Source of the DNA: Candidatus Hermodarchaeota archaeon
GTDB taxonomy: Archaea; Asgardarchaeota; Hermodarchaeia; Hermodarchaeales; Hermodarchaeaceae
Length of the DNA stretch: 20,343 nt
Direction: 5' to 3'
Assembly (NCBI GenBank): GCA_016840065.1
Contig: JAEOTB010000070.1
Span: 1 to 20,343 of the forward strand
In this document: positions 9,501 to 15,830 of the stretch, piece after piece
How the letters are laid out: every line of letters starts with the position of its first letter
Position numbering within the stretch: the stretch's first letter is position 1
Made by a program: the position numbers and the translations under genes
Notes under the pieces: model-generated
Told to the model about the DNA's origin: nothing
What the model saw: the letters and a program-made list of their open reading frames with translations, nothing else
Databases searched by the model: none

Positions 9501-10020
9501 TAATTATAGTCCGACTATCACTGGCGTCTGGAGAACCCATAATGTGACACTCACAGTTTTTGATGTGTGCGGTCACCAGAGTCAGGACTCGGTTCTTATC
9601 GATGTTCTTCCAGTTGATACAGAAAATCCAACAATGAATGAGCAACAGGACTTCTGGATTTTTGTAACTCAGTCAGTTCTTACGGTTACCTGGGAAGCAT
9701 ATGACCTGACACCTTTGAATTACACTATTTACGTCAATGGGGAGCCATTCGAGCTTGGTCCCTGGAATGGGACAGACATTATTTTTACCTACAATGTAAC
9801 ATCACCGGGAGAACTGGAAGTGACCCTTAACCTCTACGATTTCTTTGGTCACCACGCTGAGGACACATTTCTTGTAGAAATTCGGCAATTGGGAATTCTT
9901 GACGTCATTAAACAAAACGGCTATGTCCCTATTATTGTAGGAGCATTCTTCGTCCTCGCAATCATTTCTGTCTGGCTTCTAAGATTCCGTTCATCACACA
10001 AACGAGCGGTATCTGACTAG
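6535..10020 (+). CDS. aryl-sulfate sulfotransferase (ASST family) with about 6 Ig-like repeats, an inserted jelly-roll-like module and a C-terminal TM anchor
   Basis: ASST motifs HHEMEY, DVTHSNS, FNARN, FYHAHA, IIFDN and GDGDRLPNGN. Repeated 'G.YN.TL.V.D..G' Ig-like units, many N-x-S/T sequons, signal peptide, TM and basic tail. Confidence 0.85.
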   Translation: MKRAIWYTICFLLLVNLMCGDPTHQRLFPHHEEPVYPDNSKPIDVEADQPFPFSKVDPFNDFDDYDDIHRDEPPSEYAYTPLGSLGAKTDITKGDGAFEGYNLFTVQTRDFSSGLIGYSVIIADMEGTIIKERFSSWPVKLINSTFALGIQSQSQIMLWNMVDDVVTTIDIQESHHEMEYNALNNTFMTFSEYTTEIDGQYYMFDIINEYNSTGHLIWSLDTQSFIPHTYWCPFQDIRGSNTADVTHSNSIFFDSDEDIFYFNARNLNTFYKIDHKTGQVLWGLGEYGDFTLYDSKGNQKSSLFYHAHAAEQIDDNTFIIFDNDLHNQTDPNNLRSRILEITINETTMTANESWSWIGPTDYYCVCWGDGDRLPNGNRLGVFGVPDTDHGGRLVEVNEAGEIVWAMNFHNVGDMRYGVYRMERFHYSPILSSPPDILSPLGEDVVVEWEACYNYRPRRTMYGSYSLLLDDVEIDNGGVTYDKFWRPTNLTFNLGTLDEGNYNITLEVTDGEGHVTIDSINVTVGAFFIFRAGPVTFEMGQPENEIRWWGVTCSPLLCNITVNSTLYNETTWNGELVTLNLSSLEEGANHIVLKLYNGTELEYIDSFWVAVYPPAAPIITPSQSNQVEMIWNTSLTLSWALYDDTPSSWSIFLEGTSVASDVWVSPEYLLNWTLPVLEEATYNITVEVFDEAGYRTTNTTWLTVISPSPPALCLISGETELLWGQENALFVWEVHGGYRRVLWKNGVVLSDSIFSGNQIEFLIEHWQAEEWSLGTHNLTLEVVDALGANTTSTVWVQLSLLLGDAYANTFLASNSQYFLFGDNALGPPDSAFTHIFLDYEEGYITLDMGSGEEIYDGPGDDIQILAQGGSYNVKVTNSLSTMFTTIAYGQGSLLCDLAGSGVNQARYVRIEYLEGGTVELDAVEAINYIQGDDDLENPQIIGPQDFWVLETQSEIEFIWETTDATPWTFCITLDGILYDYGPWTGSDIGFNYSPTITGVWRTHNVTLTVFDVCGHQSQDSVLIDVLPVDTENPTMNEQQDFWIFVTQSVLTVTWEAYDLTPLNYTIYVNGEPFELGPWNGTDIIFTYNVTSPGELEVTLNLYDFFGHHAEDTFLVEIRQLGILDVIKQNGYVPIIVGAFFVLAIISVWLLRFRSSHKRAVSD

Positions 10021-10113
10021 CCCTGACGAGTCTTATTCTATGATCCATTCTAGCTCTACTAGCACTTCTAGTCTGGGTTTATCGGAGACGTAAACTTGTC
10101 AAGTGATGTGCTC

Positions 10114-10162
10114 AAGAAAGAAAAAGGAGAATCCCTCCAACTATTCTCTCTGTTGGAGGGAT
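10114..10162 (-). terminator. hairpin and U-tract terminator between the convergent ASST genes
   Basis: Perfect 11-bp inverted repeat ATCCCTCCAAC (10131-10141) / GTTGGAGGGAT (10152-10162), followed on the minus strand by CCTTTTTCTTTCTT. Confidence 0.65.
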
Positions 10163-10187
10163 AAGTCTCGAACATCTAAGTTCTGAA

Positions 10188-11858
10188 TCACTCGAAGAAC
10201 ATCTTATGTTTACTGCGATAGTACCATATGAAAATGGCCAGGATAATGACGATGACGATGATTGTAACACCGAAGATGACGAGGTTTACAGGGAGGAGAA
10301 ATGCTGTAGTGATGTTGGCTGTGAAGTACTGTCGTCCAGTTTGCCCCTCAGGGTTCTCAACCTCTAAAGTGAGATTGTGCACCCCTGCGGGTAGTCCAGA
10401 AACTGAAATGGTCAAGTCAGTTTCTTGCCAATGTGGCAGCAGTTGTAAGTCTTGCTCAGCAAAGACCCTGCCACCCCCTAATACGCGAACGGTCACGTCG
10501 GTTGTGTGTCTTCGTTTGAACGTGTCCCAAGCACTAAATCCGACATCGATGGGTGTACCTTCAAAGACGGAATAACTAGATTCGTCTAAGACGATTTGTG
10601 GTTCTTCGTAGAAATGCTCTGCACCATTGGCAGAGGTCCTCCAGCCGACATCATTAGCTGTGACGTTTAGGACCATCTCCCAGACGGTGTCTCCCGCCTG
10701 GTTGACTTCTACAAAGAGTGGTTCAGGTGATTGACTGTAAAGGCTAAACCTGTTGCCGTTGGGGAGAAGATTTGCATCACCCTGTGAATTGCAGTAGTAG
10801 GAGGCAGGAGCTGTCCAAGACCAAGTTTCAGTCGCGGTCATGGCAACTTCATCGACTTCGAATTCGACTACCCGAGTGATACCGATCTCTGGATTAAGCC
10901 TTGTAATGTTGTAGTAATCGTTGTCATAGATGATGAACCTGTTTGGACCATTCATTTCGCAGGCATGCGCGTGATAAAACAGTGAATCAACTTGCTCACC
11001 CTCTTGGTTATAGAGGGTAAGCTCTGGTCCTTCTCCGGTGTATCTGCCTAGAACCCACACGGTTTCATTCGTTGCGTGGTTCACTTTGACCACACAGTCT
11101 CGGGAGCGTACGTTCATATAGATCATGTCTTCGTCGACATCCCAGTACAGACTGTTAGAATGCATCCAGTCGATATCTGATTTCTTGGTTTCATTTACTA
11201 GGTGGAATTCATCTACGTCGAATGGAAAGGTATCGTTGCAATCCCAACGCCAGATTTCGTTCCCATTCCAGTCGTACTCAACGATATCATCGCCCTCAAC
11301 ATTGTAGGTCTTACTTTCATGATCATAGGTCTGTAAGGTCACACTATCTAACCCAAGAAATGTGTTTGTTAAAGCGTTGTAGTCTACATCATGGTGTCCT
11401 CTGGGTACAAAAAGGGGCACAGTAACATTGGTCACCATATTCCACAAACTGATATTCTGCCTCCCCTTGACACAGTACAGGATTGTTGTAGCGTTGATTA
11501 ATTGGGGGAAGATGGGCATGTCGTCATCGATGTAAAATCCGTTCACAACATTTCCGTAGGCGTCCGTGACGGCAAGGTAGCCGACCCTGTCGTTCGATAC
11601 AGATTGGTTCGGTATTATGCCTATGGTCTGTATGGTTAATCCTCTGAAAGATTGGGTGGTATCATGAACACGGAAATCCATTGCTTCTGCTAACTCAGCT
11701 AGCAGTGTTGCATTCGATGGAAGCCTGACTCCAAAAAAAGTGCTTCTAGAATCATCGAGTCCAAAATAGTGTACTCGTGAAATACCATTCGTGTTTGAAG
11801 CACCTACTAGGAGGATAAACAAGAAAAGTCCAATAATGATACCCGTTTTCTTAACCAT
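10188..11858 (-). CDS. aryl-sulfate sulfotransferase (ASST family) with one Ig-like domain and a C-terminal TM anchor
   Basis: Motifs GHHDVDY, DWMHSNS, NVRSRD, FYHAHA, IIYDN and GDANLLPNGN. Signal peptide, GLPAGVHNLTLEV Ig-like unit, TM and RSKHK tail. Confidence 0.87.
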   Translation of the reverse strand: MVKKTGIIIGLFLFILLVGASNTNGISRVHYFGLDDSRSTFFGVRLPSNATLLAELAEAMDFRVHDTTQSFRGLTIQTIGIIPNQSVSNDRVGYLAVTDAYGNVVNGFYIDDDMPIFPQLINATTILYCVKGRQNISLWNMVTNVTVPLFVPRGHHDVDYNALTNTFLGLDSVTLQTYDHESKTYNVEGDDIVEYDWNGNEIWRWDCNDTFPFDVDEFHLVNETKKSDIDWMHSNSLYWDVDEDMIYMNVRSRDCVVKVNHATNETVWVLGRYTGEGPELTLYNQEGEQVDSLFYHAHACEMNGPNRFIIYDNDYYNITRLNPEIGITRVVEFEVDEVAMTATETWSWTAPASYYCNSQGDANLLPNGNRFSLYSQSPEPLFVEVNQAGDTVWEMVLNVTANDVGWRTSANGAEHFYEEPQIVLDESSYSVFEGTPIDVGFSAWDTFKRRHTTDVTVRVLGGGRVFAEQDLQLLPHWQETDLTISVSGLPAGVHNLTLEVENPEGQTGRQYFTANITTAFLLPVNLVIFGVTIIVIVIILAIFIWYYRSKHKMFFE

Positions 11859-11924
11859 TGTTTCCTAGCTCCGAATCATCTTACTAAAGAGCTCTAATTG
11901 AATCAATCCAATAACTCTAGTTTG

Positions 11925-11934
11925 ATATATATAT
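11925..11934 (-). promoter_or_regulatory. putative TATA box of the second ASST gene
   Basis: ATATATATAT about 67 nt upstream of ATG 11858. GGAG SD-like site at 11869-11872. Confidence 0.4.
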
Positions 11935-11997
11935 TGCCACAAAATGACCGAGTAGATGCAGAATTGTGGAGAACTACTCCAAGAACCTCAACTCAGC

Positions 11998-12828
11998 TTA
12001 GGTTCGGAGCGCCTTAAGCGCGGCAACAACATCCGCCCAGGAAACATCACGGAGCCCTCCTTCTGCCTCCATAGTTAGTAAACCTCGATACTTCCATTTC
12101 TCTAAAATGGTGTCAAGGGCCTCCCTCAAACTGAAGGGGGCGTTATTTAGCACCCACTCCTTCCCCTCCAGTTGACCCCGCAGATGCACATTGACTATCC
12201 GGTCCTTGACTGATTCAAACCTGTCAAGTTCGTCATACATTCCAGCCCAGCGTAAATCCAAGGTGATGAACTGGTAATCCTTCACGAGTGAGAAGGGAGT
12301 AGAACCCAAACAGCTAGTCGGTATGTTCTCCACCGAAACTGACACGTTAGAGAAGTTTACAGTAGACTCTTGGAGAACCCGCCTGAGAAAGTTATTATCA
12401 AAGCCTTTCTTGAAAGTGTCCCAGATATGTAGAACCATGACTGGTGCTCTGATTGCCTGTGTCAATCTGAGTGATTCGTCTAAAAGCCGTCGACCAAACT
12501 CAATTTCCTCTGCACTATCACAGCAGAGATAGATTCCAATATCACGGTTTGCATGAATAGAATTAATGGGAACATTTGACTGCTGAAGCTTTGCAACAAC
12601 CTCTCTCCATGTGTACTTTGTACTCGCTTCCCAACGGGGGCCCCGCCGCTCCGCTCGCTCCCGGGGTTTCGCCTCCGCCACCCATTCTGCCTGGTTTTGA
12701 AACTCGAAGCCATCCACTGCCCCTGTCTTCCAGAGCTTCTGCATTGCCCGAATGATGCCATCAATGTCGTAGTAGTCCTCGCCAATGATGACAGGCAGGG
12801 GACCTGTGGACATCGCTATCTTGTTCAT
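11998..12828 (-). CDS. xylose-isomerase-like TIM-barrel protein (sugar phosphate isomerase/epimerase, AP-endonuclease-2 fold)
   Basis: GFE, SIHA, VMVLH, VSVEN, ITLD, VNVHL and LTME occur in the canonical strand order. The E/D/H/E metal ligands are present. Confidence 0.8.
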   Translation of the reverse strand: MNKIAMSTGPLPVIIGEDYYDIDGIIRAMQKLWKTGAVDGFEFQNQAEWVAEAKPRERAERRGPRWEASTKYTWREVVAKLQQSNVPINSIHANRDIGIYLCCDSAEEIEFGRRLLDESLRLTQAIRAPVMVLHIWDTFKKGFDNNFLRRVLQESTVNFSNVSVSVENIPTSCLGSTPFSLVKDYQFITLDLRWAGMYDELDRFESVKDRIVNVHLRGQLEGKEWVLNNAPFSLREALDTILEKWKYRGLLTMEAEGGLRDVSWADVVAALKALRT

Positions 12829-13029
12829 CAGAAGTGCTAAAGATGATTCATCTTAAGAACTTTGCACACTTCAGGAGTGATTGTCATGACAAGATTTACT
12901 CCTGTCAATAATGATACCAAAGAAGCTGCAGGACGATTAACTGGTTCGATAGGTTGTTTCTTCTGCACTAATAGGTCCAAGGAAGAAATAAATTCACGAT
13001 AAACCTTGTTAGAGTGAGGGGTCCATAAT

Positions 13030-13200
13030 TTGTCTGACGAAATTAAATGTAAGAAGTGCAAGCATACCTTCACAACCCCCATGATTTGTGGACGCTGTGG
13101 AAGTAAGACATACGACCCATACCGGTGCGATGTCTGTGAAATGCTGCTTGGGAGTGTTAAATACCCAAAATGTGGGTATCTCGTGGATCTATATGACTGA
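13030..13200 (+). CDS. small double zinc-ribbon-like protein (56 aa), absent from the ORF track
   Basis: TTG start with SD-like GTGAGGGGT at 13014-13022. Translation: MSDEIKCKKCKHTFTTPMICGRCGSKTYDPYRCDVCEMLLGSVKYPKCGYLVDLYD, with three CxxC plus YPKC. Confidence 0.72.
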   Translation: MSDEIKCKKCKHTFTTPMICGRCGSKTYDPYRCDVCEMLLGSVKYPKCGYLVDLYD

Positions 13201-13312
13201 CCAGGACTAGTCAGGTCAACCGAAGGAAGAGACGGTAGATTTTGATTCGCACCTCGTTAAAAGCAACATTAATATTGGGATAGTCCTCGGCAGCTATGGT
13301 GTGAGGTAAGTG

Positions 13313-14281
13313 ATGGAGTTGAAGCAAAAAGATGCGTTTGTGGTTTTGGATAAGGTAACCAAGAGTTACAAGGATTTAGTGGCTCTGGACCACGCCTCCT
13401 TCGATGTAAAACAGGGGGAAATCTTCGGATATATTGGACCTAATGGGGCTGGAAAGACGACCACACTAAAGATTATCGTAGGACTCCTACGGGACTTCCA
13501 GGGCACTGCGAACATAGAAGGGCACCCAATGCCCGAGAAGGTGGACTATGTACAGAAGATTCTCGGCTATCTCCCTCAAAACACTGCGTTCCAACGATGG
13601 AGGACCGTTGACCACGCTCTCAGTACGTTCGGGCGATTATGCGGCATGAAACCCCCTGACCTTGAACCACGAATTAAAGAAGTCCTTACTCTCGTGGGAT
13701 TATCTGATGTAAGGAACAAGAAAATCGTCCATTTATCGACTGGTATGGTTCAAAAGCTAGGTCTAGCCCAGGCGATACTTCACAAACCAAAGTTACTAGT
13801 GCTGGATGAACCCTTGGCACAACTGGACCCTGCAAGCCGGTTCCAAATGAAGAACATTGTTAGAGACCTCGCCAAAACTGGGACAACAGTTATTCTCTCC
13901 TCCCACATACTTAATGATGTTCAAGATCTCGCTACAAGGATTGCCATTCTGGCCCGAGGACGCATCATGGCAATCGGAACCTTGGAGGAGTTGAAAGCCC
14001 GCTTCCCTGAGTATGAGCAACAACTTGAAATCGTACTTTCCCGAGATTCTGGTCGTTGGAAGGAACTAGACTCCATTGCGGGAGTCACTAGTGTTGAACA
14101 GCCTGAACGCAACAAATTGTTGGTCCATCTCGATAGTTCCGTTGACATTGATGAAACACTTCACGGAGTCCTTCAAGGGTTACTGGCTCTTGATTGCCGA
14201 ATACGCGGCTTCAACCTTGCTACCCCCAATCTTGAGGAAGTCTATCTCCGTTTTGTAGGAGAAGGAGGTGAAGATGCGTGA
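13313..14281 (+). CDS. ABC transporter ATP-binding subunit (ABC-2/CcmA-like exporter)
   Basis: Walker A GPNGAGKTT, Q-loop, signature LSTGM, Walker B LLVLDEP and H-loop SSH. C-terminal PNLEEVYL. SD GAGGT at 13303-13307 (GTG 13310 is an alternative start). Confidence 0.93.
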   Translation: MELKQKDAFVVLDKVTKSYKDLVALDHASFDVKQGEIFGYIGPNGAGKTTTLKIIVGLLRDFQGTANIEGHPMPEKVDYVQKILGYLPQNTAFQRWRTVDHALSTFGRLCGMKPPDLEPRIKEVLTLVGLSDVRNKKIVHLSTGMVQKLGLAQAILHKPKLLVLDEPLAQLDPASRFQMKNIVRDLAKTGTTVILSSHILNDVQDLATRIAILARGRIMAIGTLEELKARFPEYEQQLEIVLSRDSGRWKELDSIAGVTSVEQPERNKLLVHLDSSVDIDETLHGVLQGLLALDCRIRGFNLATPNLEEVYLRFVGEGGEDA

Positions 14282-14964
14282 GCCTATTAATTCTCTTTAA
14301 CGACGAGTTGAAAGGATTCTACAAGTCTAAGGCGATGATTGCTCTGTGGGTTGGGCTGCCTGTGTTCTCCACTCTGTTCACTCTTCTCTACCAGCTCTTG
14401 GAGCCAGGGGCCCCAGGGACCTTCTTTTCCCTGCTCTCAGCTCTGCTCGTATCCACGCTGGGTGGCTACTTGTCCTCTTTACTGCTCGTCACGACAATTG
14501 TCAACGAAAAAAACCAGCACGTTTACGAACTCTTCCTTGTGAGACCAGTCAAACGAAGGAACCTCCTCCTCGCAAAATTCTTAGCTGTCTACATCTGCGT
14601 AACTATTGCCAGCCTATTGGCGGTGGGATTAGGGCTGCTCATCGACTACTTCACTGGGGGTTTGCCCCCTGACCTAGTCTTGGCCAACATATTCCACAAT
14701 CTTGCCATCAGTTTCTCCATGATTGCGTTATCTTGTGCAGCAGGCATTTTGATTGGTGTTGTAGCTCCATCCGTTCTCCTTGGAGTCATCGGGGTTCTGT
14801 ACGGTGGCAACCAACTGCTCGCTGTTCCTCTGCTGACTTCTATGTTTGGGGATATTTCTGGTATGCCGATTCTAGGGGTGGTTATCCCAACTGTCTTTAG
14901 TGTCATCGCCTCTATCGCTTTGCTACTCATAGCAATCCGTATCTTCAATAGAAAGCAGTTCTAA
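14278..14964 (+). CDS. ABC-2 type transporter permease
   Basis: GTGA overlap with the ATPase gene and SD GGAGGTGA at 14264-14271. About 6 TMs and the ABC-2 motif IVNEK...LFLVRPVKR..LLLAKF. Confidence 0.9.
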   Translation: MSLLILFNDELKGFYKSKAMIALWVGLPVFSTLFTLLYQLLEPGAPGTFFSLLSALLVSTLGGYLSSLLLVTTIVNEKNQHVYELFLVRPVKRRNLLLAKFLAVYICVTIASLLAVGLGLLIDYFTGGLPPDLVLANIFHNLAISFSMIALSCAAGILIGVVAPSVLLGVIGVLYGGNQLLAVPLLTSMFGDISGMPILGVVIPTVFSVIASIALLLIAIRIFNRKQF

Positions 14965-14989
14965 GTTGAACTTTCTCGTCGATAAATCC

Positions 14990-15388
14990 TCACTTCCAAT
15001 AGTAGTAGATTGCTGATATCCAGAAGATGACGAAGGTGAGAAACCATAGTGTCATCAACAATAACCCGTAGGTCATTCCATTAAGAGTTGGTATGAACAT
15101 GAAGATAATGCCAAGATAGGGCATTGTTAGCATCAGAAACCAGAACGAAATCCTTGCAGAGTTAGTGAGGATCAACTTTGCTCGTTCGTCTGGTCGACGG
15201 TAAAAGAAGATGACTGATCCAGTTAACCCGCCTACGAGGCCGCTTATGATTGCCGGGGAAAACGCCCAGAGTGCTGCTAGTACACTTATCTCTGTGAATA
15301 TCTCCAAGACAATGAAGAATATCGCTACACAAAATCCTCCAATCAAGTTACCTACTATAGCCCGTTTAATATTACGATTCAGTTTCAT
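14990..15388 (-). CDS. DUF2178-like membrane protein (about 4 TM)
   Basis: RPDERAKLILTNSARISF resembles the 'DER..I...A' motif of DUF2178. It overlaps the 3' end of the XRE gene, the usual arrangement for this pair. Start ATG 15388 is uncertain (track gives 15415). Confidence 0.7.
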   Translation of the reverse strand: MKLNRNIKRAIVGNLIGGFCVAIFFIVLEIFTEISVLAALWAFSPAIISGLVGGLTGSVIFFYRRPDERAKLILTNSARISFWFLMLTMPYLGIIFMFIPTLNGMTYGLLLMTLWFLTFVIFWISAIYYYWK

Positions 15389-15608
15389 CACCTTTGTAAG
15401 TGAAAATTTTCTCAATAGTTACACCGAAGGCGTGGGCTAGCTTGAACGCGAGTTGAAGAGAGGGGTTGTAGGTGCCCTTTTCGATGGCGATTATTGTTTG
15501 TCGACTAACACCTGCCCGCTTACCTAGCCCTTCTTGGGTCCACATAGCGGGGTTTGGGGCCTTTTGCATCTGCTGTTCGCGGAGTTCCCGAAGCTTGTTG
15601 GTGATCAC
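15372..15608 (-). CDS. XRE-family helix-turn-helix transcriptional regulator (COG1476-like)
   Basis: NKLRELR...TQEGLGKRAGVSRQTIIAIEKGTYNPSLQLAFKLAHAFGVTIEKIF is a typical HTH_3 sequence. Confidence 0.92.
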   Translation of the reverse strand: MITNKLRELREQQMQKAPNPAMWTQEGLGKRAGVSRQTIIAIEKGTYNPSLQLAFKLAHAFGVTIEKIFTYKGDETES

Positions 15609-15627
15609 GCCACACCCATCCGGTGAT

Positions 15628-15659
15628 GTAAAGTCTACTTAACGTAAAGTCAACTTTAC
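15628..15659. promoter_or_regulatory. tandem palindromic operator, probably bound by the XRE regulator
   Basis: Two abutting 16-bp palindromes, GTAAAGTCTACTTAAC and GTAAAGTCAACTTTAC. They lie directly downstream of a minus-strand TATA-like CTTAAA (15666-15661) and 20 nt upstream of the XRE start. Confidence 0.75.
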
Positions 15660-15724
15660 ATTTAAGTGTTACGGCTTCCACGAATAAAATGAAAGTCAAT
15701 GAGGATATTAATCCTGGAATTGTT

Positions 15725-15784
15725 AAAAGAAAAGGAGGAAGGGGATGAGACCTGATGGTCTCGCCCCCTGTTCCCGCAAGGGAC
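15725..15784 (-). terminator. double hairpin plus U-tract downstream of the MFS gene
   Basis: GAGACC-TGAT-GGTCTC flanked by GGGG/CCCC (15741-15767) and TCCC-GCAA-GGGA (15772-15783). Minus-strand TTTTCTTTT at 15733-15725. Confidence 0.5.
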
Positions 15785-15830
15785 TATTCGGTTCGTTCAG
15801 ATAGAAGGTTCGATGTCGAGTCTGTCAGTG

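Noticed and set aside
13000-13029. In-frame TGA (13015-13017) upstream of the zinc-ribbon ORF as possible selenocysteine readthrough
   Set aside because: An in-frame TAA lies at 13000-13002, the TGA is part of the SD-like sequence, and I saw no convincing SECIS.
12837-13082. 81-aa minus-strand ORF from the track
   Set aside because: No recognisable motif or SD. It overlaps the better supported zinc-ribbon ORF on the opposite strand and covers the TIM-barrel promoter.
13198-13218. Imperfect palindrome TGACC-AG-GACTAGTC-A-GGTCA at the end of the zinc-ribbon ORF
   Set aside because: Asymmetric, with no U-tract or promoter context, so no function can be supported.
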